A stretch of DNA of 64,000 nucleotides. Origin: Promethearchaeota archaeon (GTDB lineage: Archaea > Asgardarchaeota > Lokiarchaeia > Sigyniarchaeales > SOKP01). The translations under genes were made by a program, and so were the position numbers. Location of the stretch: positions 78,224 to 142,223 of the forward strand of contig JAHPZJ010000010.1 in NCBI GenBank assembly GCA_019058245.1, read 5' to 3'. Under the pieces are notes generated by a model, which was not told the origin of the DNA, made no database searches, and worked only from the letters and a program-made list of their open reading frames with translations. Of this stretch, positions 21,496 through 31,477 are shown in pieces; the stretch's first letter is position 1, and every line of letters starts with the position of its first letter.

Positions 21496-21849
21496 ATGAC
21501 AGCAACACTTCAACTTGACCTTGTCCTCGACAGTCTAATTAAAACATTTGGAGCTAAGGTCTATTTTATTATAATTACATCTGAAAATGGTGCTGTAATT
21601 AAATCATATATCAATGAAGAATTCAATAAGTCCTCAATTGGGTTAAATATGTCACAATTATATGAATTAGCAGAAGAAATTACTTCTGATATTGGAGTTC
21701 ATTCTCCAGATTTCAATGTAATTCATTCAGATAATTTTTATATATTATCTATTAAAATACTCGATAAAATAGTTACAGTTCTTACTGAAGATCAAATAGA
21801 TTTTTCGTCTATTTTTGAGATTATAAATAAGTGTATAGTAACAAACTAA
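21496..21849 (+). CDS. Roadblock/LC7-like protein
   Basis: 117 aa; helix-IIITSENGAVIKS-helix-beta pattern. Confidence 0.6.
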   Translation: MTATLQLDLVLDSLIKTFGAKVYFIIITSENGAVIKSYINEEFNKSSIGLNMSQLYELAEEITSDIGVHSPDFNVIHSDNFYILSIKILDKIVTVLTEDQIDFSSIFEIINKCIVTN

Positions 21850-21979
21850 ATAAGACGACTTCATATGAGAAAGGATTAGCTATAAAAAACAAAAAGCTAA
21901 ACATTTATAAAATCTTTAAACTAATAACTAGTGAATTCAATTATAGTAATATCTTTATAAGAAATTCGTGTGAATTAAA

Positions 21980-22465
21980 GTGAAATATGAAAAAAATCAA
22001 TATTCAGAAAGATTTTCAATTTGTGCCTTAATTATTGCTGGAGCATTTTTATACTGGGGAATTAATGAATTTATCCATTGGGGAGATGGTTCGGAGTGGT
22101 GGGGATTTATATTGACTGGAATTGGAATAGCAATCATAATCAGTCAAATATTTACAATAGCTAATAGAAGCAAACTGAGGAATGTGGTTTTATCAGAGTT
22201 TCAAGAGAATCCAGAAGCTACAATCGATGATATTAGTAAAAGTACAGGAATTTCAGCTAAAGATATTCAAGCAATAATCTTAGATTTAAAGGCCTCAGGT
22301 CAATTACGAGGAAAATTTAACAAAATAACTGGCCAAATTACACATTTTTCAATTCTTGAAAAAGAAAGCCCACCAGAACAACAAGCAAAATATTGTTCAA
22401 ATTGTGGAACACTTACGAAAAATGAGGTTGCTAAATTTTGTTCTTATTGTGGAGCAGAAATGTAA
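21980..22465 (+). CDS. 2-TM protein with a winged-helix-like domain and double zinc ribbon
   Basis: TIDDISKSTGIS..DL..GQLRG; CSNCG..FCSYCG. Confidence 0.7.
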   Translation: MKYEKNQYSERFSICALIIAGAFLYWGINEFIHWGDGSEWWGFILTGIGIAIIISQIFTIANRSKLRNVVLSEFQENPEATIDDISKSTGISAKDIQAIILDLKASGQLRGKFNKITGQITHFSILEKESPPEQQAKYCSNCGTLTKNEVAKFCSYCGAEM

Positions 22466-22579
22466 TTAATCATTCTCCATTTATTTTTGTATTGGATAAT
22501 TTTGATTCTATATACTATTAGTTCCTATTATTCATTTTACTCTTTAATTATAGATTTAAAAAAAGAAAAAGTTAAATAA

Positions 22580-23782
22580 TTATTTTTTAGTTTCTTTTAA
22601 GAAAAATGAGATTATTACAGCAATTACCAAAAAAACAGCTTGAATTAATAAAGCAGGCCAATAATCACCGTTTTTTGTAACATTTTCAAAACTAAGAATA
22701 AATAAAATCCCTCCAATTTGCCCTATCATCATTAACATTCCATTAGAACTTGCTTCTGGTACTGGTTTTGTAATATCTACTGCATATTCAAGGCCTACTG
22801 GTCCTGCTGAAAGCAAACCTAAACCTAAAAGAAATCCAAACGTATTTAACATTATGCGGTCAGATGTAAAGGTAATTATGAATAGAGAAATTGTTGCTAT
22901 TATAAGTGAAGATATCAACAGAGGTTTACGCTTTTTATATTTATCTGATAAGATAGACATTACAATACACCCCCCAATCCCCCCTAATAACATTAAAGCA
23001 CCTAATATTCCTGCAAAATTAGGATTATAACCTCGAGGTTCTACAATTCCTTCGATATATGTGGTTACTGTATTGAAAATACCAAGCCCTAAGAAAAAAA
23101 GAATAAGCAGAATGATAAACTGCTTATTCATAAATAACTTCTTCAACCCTTCAGATATTAAGACTTTCTCTTCCATAATATCTTTTGTGGGTGGCGTTGG
23201 TGGTTTATCTTTAACAAATACAATAAAAATAACACTAATAATTAAAGATAAAATACCATATGTTAATAACATTGGGAGAAGGTCATTTGCTGGTGTTAGG
23301 ATAGGAGTAATAAACAGCCCTAAAGCAATACCTATAAATTGTGAAATTAAAGCAATTCCGGTAGCTGTTGTTCTTTCATCATCAGGAAACCAGTTTGCTG
23401 ATAATTTTGTAATAGCATTAAGAATAAAAGGTTGTCCTATTCCAATTCCAATTTGGAATATTAGTACTAAAGTATAATCATCTAATGCAACAAATCTTAA
23501 TAATCCGAAAATCCCCGCGATTATTGCTCCTATTCCAGCTCCAATTTTAAAACCATATTTATCAATAATCCACGCTGATAAAAATGCTATTGGAATATAT
23601 ACAATCATAAAACTCATTGCTAATAAATCTATTAAAAGAGCATCAACCCCATAGTAAGTTACAGCAACGCTTCTTACTGGTGCAAAACTTATCCATAACA
23701 TTTGTAGTATAATATTTTCTAGCATAAACAGTAAAAGAACAATCCAGCGGTATCGATAAACTTGAATCATTATTTCATTCAT
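22580..23782 (-). CDS. MFS transporter (FLVCR/SLC49-like)
   Basis: YRYRW, GIGQPF, LSANWFPDDERTTATGI, P.TPP, EYAVDITKPVPE. Confidence 0.85.
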   Translation of the reverse strand: MNEIMIQVYRYRWIVLLLFMLENIILQMLWISFAPVRSVAVTYYGVDALLIDLLAMSFMIVYIPIAFLSAWIIDKYGFKIGAGIGAIIAGIFGLLRFVALDDYTLVLIFQIGIGIGQPFILNAITKLSANWFPDDERTTATGIALISQFIGIALGLFITPILTPANDLLPMLLTYGILSLIISVIFIVFVKDKPPTPPTKDIMEEKVLISEGLKKLFMNKQFIILLILFFLGLGIFNTVTTYIEGIVEPRGYNPNFAGILGALMLLGGIGGCIVMSILSDKYKKRKPLLISSLIIATISLFIITFTSDRIMLNTFGFLLGLGLLSAGPVGLEYAVDITKPVPEASSNGMLMMIGQIGGILFILSFENVTKNGDYWPALLIQAVFLVIAVIISFFLKETKK

Positions 23783-23939
23783 TAAGTTAACACTTTTATT
23801 GTTTGATAATTAATTTTAATTAATTAAATCAATTTAGACTTTAACAAATATAAAATTTTAATTTTTAATTAGAAAATTTGAAAGTATAAATTTATCCCAA
23901 ATTTTTTAAATTGTATTTAAAAGATATAAGTGATATATT

Positions 23940-24965
23940 TTGACAAATAAATTTACTGTTGGAGTATTTGGAGCTGGTAGAATTGGAAAGATACATATTG
24001 AAAATCTATTACGTAAAATGCCTGATGTTAATTTGAAAATTGTGGTTGACATTAATATTGATGAAAAATTAAGAGAATGGGCTGAAGAAAAAAGAGTTCC
24101 AAAACTCACCAATGATCAATTTGAAATTTTAAATGATCCTGCCATTGAAATAGTAGTAATTTGTTCACCTACGGATACTCATACTAAAATTATTCAGGAA
24201 GCTGCCAAGATGAATAAACACATTTTTTGTGAAAAACCAATTGATTCAGACATAAAGAAGATTAGAAAAACTCTTTCAGTTGTTAAAGAAAAAAATGTAA
24301 AACTCATGATGGGATATAATCGACGTTTTGATCGTAATTTCATGAGATGCCATGAGTCAGTCACCTCTGGTCAAATCGGTGAACCTCAAATTGTTAAAAT
24401 AACTTCGCGAGATCCAGCCCCTCCTCCCATCTCATATATAAAAGGTTCGGGAGGTATGTTTTTTGATATGACTATACATGATTGGGATATGGCAAGATAC
24501 CAAGTTGGAAGTGAAGTGGAAGAAATCTATGCAACTGGAGGTGTACTTATCGATCCCGAAATTGGGAAAGCCGGAGATATTGATACCGCTGTAGCTGTGT
24601 TGAAATTTGAAAATGGAGCAATGGGAATAATTGATAATACTCGTCAAGCAGTCTATGGATATGATCAACGTGTTGAAATATTTGGATCCAAGGGATGTGT
24701 TGTAGCGGATAATGAAGCCACTAACACAGTCCGTATTTATACTGCTGATTGTACTAGTATCGATAAAATCCCTTATTTTTTCATGGATAGATATATAGAA
24801 TCATACTCAGCTGAACTGAAATATTTCTTTGATTGCTTAGGTAAAAATTTGGAGCCTAAACCTAATGGAGAAGACGGATTAAAAAATGTGCTAGTAGCTT
24901 TAGCTGCTCAGAAATCATATAACGAAAATCGTCCTGTAAAGATTTCAGAAGTAGAAAACTATTAA
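23940..24965 (+). CDS. iolG: myo-Inositol 2-dehydrogenase
   Basis: GAGRIG, FCEKP, GYNRRFD, ITSRDP, DMTIHD, YGYDQRVE. Confidence 0.9.
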   Translation: MTNKFTVGVFGAGRIGKIHIENLLRKMPDVNLKIVVDINIDEKLREWAEEKRVPKLTNDQFEILNDPAIEIVVICSPTDTHTKIIQEAAKMNKHIFCEKPIDSDIKKIRKTLSVVKEKNVKLMMGYNRRFDRNFMRCHESVTSGQIGEPQIVKITSRDPAPPPISYIKGSGGMFFDMTIHDWDMARYQVGSEVEEIYATGGVLIDPEIGKAGDIDTAVAVLKFENGAMGIIDNTRQAVYGYDQRVEIFGSKGCVVADNEATNTVRIYTADCTSIDKIPYFFMDRYIESYSAELKYFFDCLGKNLEPKPNGEDGLKNVLVALAAQKSYNENRPVKISEVENY

Positions 24966-25555
24966 TGTATCAAGTTATAATGATTAATATAAAATCAAAA
25001 AGTCAACTAATTATGTCTTATGATTTAACTGCTTTTAAAGTATTGATAAAGAAACTCTTTCCACCAAAGGAATGCGTGTTTACTGTGGATACTGATGGTG
25101 ACGGGAATGTAGATTCATTACAAATAAAATTCATTAATTTACTTCTGCCTTTTGTAATTCCAAAAGAAATTCAAATTGGAGATTTTAATTTGAATGATTT
25201 TAATCCTGAAGATCTTGATTTTTCTAAATATGTAAAATTTTATCTAGATAATGTTGAATTAAATTTTTCAAAAGAAAGTCTTAATTTAGATACAATAAAG
25301 AGCCGCATTTTAATTTATCACAAAGGAGATTCGTTTAATTTAAATGATATTATAGAAGGTAAATTTAGTGGCAGAATTATTAACTTAAATGATACAATCA
25401 GTATTTTAATAAAAATAGATAAGGAATCTTTGAAGAAATTTACCGAAGGTGCTCATTATTTTAAAATTGAAAGTGAATTGATATCTAATCTATTGATTAA
25501 TTTTGAATTGAATGAAACCAATATGAATATTAGATTCAATCCAAATGATGCTTAA
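24965..25555 (+). CDS. Hypothetical protein with a DxDxDG loop
   Basis: DTDGDGNVD; follows iolG directly. Confidence 0.6.
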   Translation: MYQVIMINIKSKSQLIMSYDLTAFKVLIKKLFPPKECVFTVDTDGDGNVDSLQIKFINLLLPFVIPKEIQIGDFNLNDFNPEDLDFSKYVKFYLDNVELNFSKESLNLDTIKSRILIYHKGDSFNLNDIIEGKFSGRIINLNDTISILIKIDKESLKKFTEGAHYFKIESELISNLLINFELNETNMNIRFNPNDA

Positions 25556-25672
25556 TATATTATTATAAATTACTTATTAAGACCTGTCCCCTAACTTAAA
25601 TTTCATAAAATTCTTTAAGAAATAAATGGGGTTTTTATTTCTATTTTTAAATTAATTCAAGAAGGTGTTATT

Positions 25673-26182
25673 ATGGCCATTACAGAAGCTAAGAAAAATA
25701 TAGATATTAGTATCGCCAGTGTTCAATTTATTTGTCCGGTCTGTAAAACTAAAAAAACTCTTGATATACCTAAATCTGTTATAGAAGAGGCAAAACAATT
25801 GACTACAATGTCAATAGCACGTGGATTGGTATGTAATCACCAATTTCAAGCTTATGTAGATAAAAATTATCAGGTTCGAGGATATCAAAAAGTAGATTTT
25901 GAATTTGAAAATACAGTTCATCAAGAAGAAGTTTTAGATTCCAACAATACCAAACAAGATGATAGTGAACTTATTGAAAATTTAATACTTGAAGGTAATT
26001 ATGTTGAATATAATCCACTTAAAACCAAAATAAAAATAGGTAATAACATAAAGAATAAAGAAATCACTTCTCAAAAGAAAAAAATGACCCTCAAAGAAAT
26101 ATATGATGAATTTTGGGAATTAATAGATGATAATAATGAAGAATTTAAGGTCTTCCTTAGAAATGATTTGAGAAGAAATTAA
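25673..26182 (+). CDS. Putative Zn-binding hypothetical protein
   Basis: CPVC...CNH..F.AYVDKN..VRGY; AGGTG SD. Confidence 0.65.
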   Translation: MAITEAKKNIDISIASVQFICPVCKTKKTLDIPKSVIEEAKQLTTMSIARGLVCNHQFQAYVDKNYQVRGYQKVDFEFENTVHQEEVLDSNNTKQDDSELIENLILEGNYVEYNPLKTKIKIGNNIKNKEITSQKKKMTLKEIYDEFWELIDDNNEEFKVFLRNDLRRN

Positions 26183-26275
26183 AGGTTAATAGTATAAAAA
26201 ACTATTTTATATAATTAGAGAAAAGCATTTGAATAAAATCTGTTTTTATAGAACTATTATGAAAAACAATCATAA

Positions 26276-26408
26276 TGCCAAGGGGGAGATTTGAACTCCC
26301 GATACCTAGATCTTCAGTTTCACCATTATCAGTAATTCTGATGATTCTAGTGCGTTCTTACCCGACATCAGGGAAATTCTAATGTTCACCGGGCTACGCC
26401 ACCTTGGC
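26276..26408 (-). tRNA. tRNA-Phe(GAA) with two introns (about 26359-26387 in the D-loop; 26319-26346 in the anticodon stem)
   Basis: GCCAAGG/CCTTGGC acceptor; spliced CTAGA-CTGAAGA-TCTAG; GGGAG-TTCAAAT-CTCCC. Confidence 0.9.
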
Positions 26409-26578
26409 TAGATTATGAATTTTTACTTTATAAAACGTTTAAGTTTTTAAAATATCAAAATTCGTAATTTAGAAAGGGAAAAATATCATATAAATTTTTT
26501 TCAAAAGAATCTTATTTAAATCAAAATTAATCAAAAAACATAATTAATTTCATTACTAACGGGAGTTTGATCTTTTTT

Positions 26579-27607
26579 TTATTTGGTAAGGTTTGTAATA
26601 ATGGCTCTACCCACAAATTTTCCTTTTTTCATTTCCTCAAATACTTCATTAATTTCTGAAAGATTAGCAGTTCTCCCGACATGAGTTTTAACCTTGCCTT
26701 CTACTGCTATTTGGACTAATTCTCTCATATCTTCTACAGTACCAGTTAGGGATCCGATTATTTGTAAGTCTCTTATTATTACTTCAAAAGGAGTTACTGA
26801 TATTGTTCCCTCATCGAATGGGGGTATACCTACTCCAATTAGTGTTCCTCCAACTCTGAGTAATTTTATTCCAAGATTATAAGCCGAAATATTTGCTGCA
26901 AATACTATACTTACTTGAACGCCCCCTAACTTTTTTTCAACGAACTTCTCAGCTTCATTAACATCTATTGCATGATCAGCACCGAGGTTCTTAACGATCT
27001 CTAATTTTTCAGATCCTTTATCAATTCCAATGATTTTATATCCAAAATTTTTTGCGATCTGTACAGCATAATGACCAAGTCCACCAGCAGCCCCAATGAT
27101 GGCAATATATTTATCAGAAGGAATTTTGAGGCTCTTAAGTTTTTTGATTGCTCTATACGCTGTTAAACCCCCACATGCTAGAGAAACTTCAGTATCACTT
27201 AGTTCATCCGGGATTTTTACCAAAGATTGAGCCCACACGGAAATATATTCACTAAATATTCCGAACAAAGGTTTTCTTTCTGGACAATACATAGCTTTTC
27301 CTGAGAGACAATACTCACAGGTTCCACACCAGTATCCTAATGTTCCACCAAGACCCAATATAACTCTATCACCTACTTCTATATCAGATTCAGAATTAGG
27401 ACCCAATTCCTCAACTATGCCAATTCCTTCATGTCCCAAGGGACGTGGAGTCGGCAATTTCATCCACTCTCCCATCACAACATGTAAGTCTGTATGACAA
27501 ACACCTGCGGTTGTAATTTTTACTAGGGCTTCTCCAGCTTCGGGAGAGGGTTTAGGAACATCAATAATACTTACTTTTCCAATTTCTTGAAGTATTGCAG
27601 TTCGCAT
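26579..27607 (-). CDS. Zn-dependent alcohol dehydrogenase (AdhP-like MDR)
   Basis: GVCHTD, GHEG, CGTCEYC..C, CGGLTAY, GAAGGLG. Confidence 0.92.
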   Translation of the reverse strand: MRTAILQEIGKVSIIDVPKPSPEAGEALVKITTAGVCHTDLHVVMGEWMKLPTPRPLGHEGIGIVEELGPNSESDIEVGDRVILGLGGTLGYWCGTCEYCLSGKAMYCPERKPLFGIFSEYISVWAQSLVKIPDELSDTEVSLACGGLTAYRAIKKLKSLKIPSDKYIAIIGAAGGLGHYAVQIAKNFGYKIIGIDKGSEKLEIVKNLGADHAIDVNEAEKFVEKKLGGVQVSIVFAANISAYNLGIKLLRVGGTLIGVGIPPFDEGTISVTPFEVIIRDLQIIGSLTGTVEDMRELVQIAVEGKVKTHVGRTANLSEINEVFEEMKKGKFVGRAIITNLTK

Positions 27608-27726
27608 TTTACTTTTTTCATCTCATAAATTTCTTTGTTGAATATTAATTTGTTGTTGAATTTTAAATAGCTATTCTATTTGATAATAATCAAATTATAA
27701 TTAGACAGTTATTTTATCTAAATATT

Positions 27727-28467
27727 TTATTTCTTTAAAATTAGTTTTCTTTTTTCATTTGACAATTTTTCACTAGCATATCTCAGAACAGGGCGAGAAA
27801 ATCTCTCCTTATTACGTAATAAGTAATTATAAATTAAATCGGGATTATACTTCGAACAGGTTTTAAGAATCCATCCAATAGCTTTCTGAATATAATCTTC
27901 AGAGTAATTTTTCATTTTTTCTACCAACTCAAATACATAATTCTCATCGAATTCCTTATTTATCATTATTATTTTAATAAGAATTACTAATGATGCCCGT
28001 CTAACCCATAGATTTTCATTCATAGACCATTTCTCAATGGTTTTTTTCCCAAGCTTTTGATTATTTTTTTTTCCTAAAAAGGGTCCAATTACTCTTATAC
28101 AACTAGAATCACAAAAAGCCCATGTATCACAGTGATTAGAGAATAGATCTTCAAACACACCAATAGTTTCTTGATTGAAATTGCTTTTAAAGTGATTAAG
28201 AAAAAATATACCAGAAAATTTCTCCTCAAGAATATTAGAACTAACTAAATTTTTACAAATATCGACAGCATCCTCATAACTGCATTCATATTTTTTATAT
28301 ACATTTTTAGTAATTTTTTCTATATCAGAAATTTTATGACCATATCCAAAAAAATTAGGATTATCAGAATTCAGTATTTTATTTCTTCGAATAATCTGTT
28401 CAGGTGTTAATTTAGGAGTAGATTTTTTTAATTCTAGTTTAATTTCCTGAGTTATTGATGTTTTTAT
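27727..28467 (-). CDS. AlkD-like HEAT-repeat DNA alkylation repair protein, 246 aa, probable ATA start
   Basis: W..CD, W...NLWVRRAS, EDYIQKAIGWILK, LRYASEK; frame is open for 103 codons upstream of the track's GTG. Confidence 0.82.
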   Translation of the reverse strand: MKTSITQEIKLELKKSTPKLTPEQIIRRNKILNSDNPNFFGYGHKISDIEKITKNVYKKYECSYEDAVDICKNLVSSNILEEKFSGIFFLNHFKSNFNQETIGVFEDLFSNHCDTWAFCDSSCIRVIGPFLGKKNNQKLGKKTIEKWSMNENLWVRRASLVILIKIIMINKEFDENYVFELVEKMKNYSEDYIQKAIGWILKTCSKYNPDLIYNYLLRNKERFSRPVLRYASEKLSNEKRKLILKK

Positions 28468-29630
28468 AGAAATTTCTCTAACCCCGTCTTTTTTTTTAAA
28501 TCTTCTCTTTTTTCTAAGTAAGATTCAACAATTTTAATTATTTTAGGTGTAAAATTCTTTATAGTGTGTAATTCACCTCTTTTATAAACATCCAGAATCG
28601 ATTCATCCAAGTTATTTAGATTTAATCCTGCCCACATTAATGTCTTATTAGTTTTCCCTGTTTTTACTGCATCTATATATTCGCTATTTAGGAGAAATTC
28701 TGATAAAATGTAATTCCATTTCCGGAAATCTGAAGGAATCCAACGTTTTACTCGGATATTAATTTTACATTTTTGACATAAATCCCATAATCGAGTATTA
28801 ATTCTTTTAGTATAATCTGATGGTGGATGAATTTGTCCTTTATACAAATTTAATAGAAGTTTAACAATGTGAGTATATTTACTTTTTTTCAACTTATTGA
28901 TAAAATATTGAGCTTGAGAATCTCGTAGTGTCAAACCAGGAGAAAATAAAATAAAATCTGCCCCTGCGTCTTTTGATTTTTTTATTACATCTTCTAGATT
29001 TTCATCATTATCTTCTAGAAATGGGATAATTGGAATAAAATATGTACCAATTTGAATATTGGGGGCTTTTTTTTTAATGGTCTTAAGAGCTTCAAGCCTT
29101 TCGGAAGGTTTCGATGAAAAAGGTTCTAAAAATTCAGCAAGTTCATCATCACTTGTACTAATAGAAAACCCAATAGTACACCACGTATCAGCAGCAATTT
29201 TTTGAAGAATGTCAATATCTCGAGTGATTAAGTCTGATTTAGTTGCGATATTAATAGGAAATTTATATTTCGCTATTATTCCTAAAACTTTTCTAGTATG
29301 CTCAATTTTCCTTTCTATTGGTTGATAAGCGTCATTTACTCCACCAGGGGCAATTATATCAGGTAATAAGGTTCGTGCTCTTTTAAATCTCTGATCTAAT
29401 TTTTTATCAAAATTTGTCTTAATTATTACTTCATTCTCAAAGTCTTCAATATAGTATCGTTGACTACGGGCATCACAATAAATACATGCATGAGCACATC
29501 CCGAATAAGTATTCAGGGTATAGCGAGACCAAAACCATGAATCTGGAAATTTTAATTTATTTAGAGCCGATTTAAATTCCTTATAAATATACTTAACCAT
29601 TATAATGAATGCAACTTCAGTAAAGGTCAA
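28464..29630 (-). CDS. Spore-photoproduct-lyase-like DNA repair radical SAM protein
   Basis: NTYSGCAHACIYCD, DAYQPIE, IATKSDLITRDID, LEP...ERL. Confidence 0.87.
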   Translation of the reverse strand: MTFTEVAFIIMVKYIYKEFKSALNKLKFPDSWFWSRYTLNTYSGCAHACIYCDARSQRYYIEDFENEVIIKTNFDKKLDQRFKRARTLLPDIIAPGGVNDAYQPIERKIEHTRKVLGIIAKYKFPINIATKSDLITRDIDILQKIAADTWCTIGFSISTSDDELAEFLEPFSSKPSERLEALKTIKKKAPNIQIGTYFIPIIPFLEDNDENLEDVIKKSKDAGADFILFSPGLTLRDSQAQYFINKLKKSKYTHIVKLLLNLYKGQIHPPSDYTKRINTRLWDLCQKCKINIRVKRWIPSDFRKWNYILSEFLLNSEYIDAVKTGKTNKTLMWAGLNLNNLDESILDVYKRGELHTIKNFTPKIIKIVESYLEKREDLKKKTGLEKFL

Positions 29631-29910
29631 TAATAAAGGAAAAAATTTAAGATTAATTCTAAAAATCTATATCTAGTTCAAAAGATATGAAAAAACGCCG
29701 TTTTTACATAAAATTTGAAGTGATCCAAAATAGTAAATAGAGGCGTTTTTTCACCAATTACATACAATTCTGTAAATTTAACTTTTTGCTTTTTGAATTA
29801 TAAATAAGAAATTAATTTCTTTTTATTTAATGAAAATATCGTGAAACCATCCTTTCACGAAGATTTTTGGATAATAATTTACTTTCTAAATCAATCCTAA
29901 TAATAAAAGA

Positions 29911-29982
29911 TGCGCGATCCGGGAATTGAACCCGGGTCATCGGCTTGGAAGGCCGAGATCCTAACCACTAGACTAATCGCGC
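29911..29982 (-). tRNA. tRNA-Gly(TCC), no intron
   Basis: GCGCGAT/ATCGCGC; TCGGC-CTTCCAA-GCCGA; CCGGG-TTCAATT-CCCGG. Confidence 0.95.
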
Positions 29983-30044
29983 TTGAAAATTTTAAAAGGC
30001 AGTGTAAGTGTAAAAATTTACCATTTCTTTTAATTTTAGTGATT

Positions 30045-30719
30045 TTAAAGAATACCATAAATAAGTTCATAGTAAGTTATAATTCTATTGGTAGCAACCC
30101 AAGCATCCAAAGAGTATTCAGAAATAGAAATTAAATTATCTGAAAGATTTTTGATATATTTCGAGAATCCACTTTTTTGAAATCCACCAATAAATGCAAT
30201 GTAATTTTTATTTATATCCTTTATAAATAATTCTTCATAATCTTTAATTCTTTTACCCTTACTCGATAAGATACATACTTCTGGATCTTTAAAATTATCT
30301 ATAAGGTTTTGAAGATTACCTTCGAATGGTGTTATAAGCTTTAAAGATTCTATTTCAATTCTCCCATCTATTAACAATTTAGCTATTAAACCTTTAAATC
30401 GATTATAATTTCTTGTTATCCTAATTTCAGGATTAAATCTGAAAATTTTATTATTAAATGTGTGGACAAATACAATTAGATTACCACTTTTATTGAGAGA
30501 TGATCCTAATGCATTGAGTAAACATATATGAGTGATATCTGGTCTTCCTCTTTTTTGAAAATTTTTCAAATCTTTCATCGCAGAAAAATGTAATGTGTTA
30601 TCTAAGAGTTGAGAGGCGTAAATTCTTGGTGATAGATTCTTCTTAACTGCAGGGTGAGATCGTATTTGTTTAGGAATTAATTCTAAACCACATTCAGTAA
30701 AGACAATAATTAATGGCAT
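30045..30719 (-). CDS. nep1: 16S rRNA pseudouridine N1-methyltransferase Nep1/Emg1
   Basis: LLD..H..M, RGRPDI.H..LL, RNYNRFKGL, IGGF. Confidence 0.92.
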   Translation of the reverse strand: MPLIIVFTECGLELIPKQIRSHPAVKKNLSPRIYASQLLDNTLHFSAMKDLKNFQKRGRPDITHICLLNALGSSLNKSGNLIVFVHTFNNKIFRFNPEIRITRNYNRFKGLIAKLLIDGRIEIESLKLITPFEGNLQNLIDNFKDPEVCILSSKGKRIKDYEELFIKDINKNYIAFIGGFQKSGFSKYIKNLSDNLISISEYSLDAWVATNRIITYYELIYGIL

Positions 30720-30735
30720 AACAATTATAAAATAT

Positions 30736-31092
30736 TTATTGAATATTACTTCTAATTTGGTTTGTTTTTAATTTTATAAAGTATCTTGTCGTTTTATTAC
30801 ATTCAAAACAAGTTAAAGAAACATGAGAGCCTTTTCCTTTAGAGTGAATTCTAATCCGGTAATTCAATCCAGGGTATAAAAACCTTTTGCATTTATGACA
30901 AATTCTCTTTTTCCACTCATCAGGAACTCTTATCTTGGTCCTTTGGGCATATCGTCTTGCCAAATAAGTGTATCGATTTGCTAATTCTCGATTTTCTAGG
31001 AAAATTTCGTGAGCTTTCTGAAATAAATAAAGCATTCTGATGTTTGCAATTTTTTTTACAATATATCTCGAATTTTTACTCCTTTTTGGCAT
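30736..31092 (-). CDS. rnp4: RNase P protein Rpp21
   Basis: IA..R..YL, ANRY..LAR, KRICHKC..L.PG, CFEC. Confidence 0.92.
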   Translation of the reverse strand: MPKRSKNSRYIVKKIANIRMLYLFQKAHEIFLENRELANRYTYLARRYAQRTKIRVPDEWKKRICHKCKRFLYPGLNYRIRIHSKGKGSHVSLTCFECNKTTRYFIKLKTNQIRSNIQ

Positions 31093-31112
31093 TTAAATTA
31101 TCTTTAATATTA

Positions 31113-31400
31113 TTATTTTAACTTATCCAACTTAACTAAGGAAAGGATGAATATTTTACCTCTAACATCTATTAAATGAGAGGATGTTAATTGTGAAATC
31201 TTATTAGCTAATTCACTTATATTTAATTTTAGAGCAATAGATTTTAATGCCTTGACTTTAATTATCTTATATCTCTTTAATAATTTATTTACATGGTTAA
31301 CAAACTCATCCGTTATCCCATTTTTTCCTATAATACAATCTGGTTGTGATATTAAAGTTTTCTTAAATTCTTTTTGGTAATCCATCGTTCTAGAACGCAA
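31113..31400 (-). CDS. YhbY/CRM RNA-binding protein
   Basis: IGKNGIT, IIKVK, VRGK; conserved gene context. Confidence 0.88.
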   Translation of the reverse strand: MRSRTMDYQKEFKKTLISQPDCIIGKNGITDEFVNHVNKLLKRYKIIKVKALKSIALKLNISELANKISQLTSSHLIDVRGKIFILSLVKLDKLK

Positions 31401-31477
31401 AAAATAGGAAAAATTTTTAATTTATTCTGACTTTTTAAACGTATTATAGTTAATAAAGAAGTATACAATTAAAGATC

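Noticed and set aside
29910-30134. 74-aa ORF
   Set aside because: Antisense to tRNA-Gly and nep1
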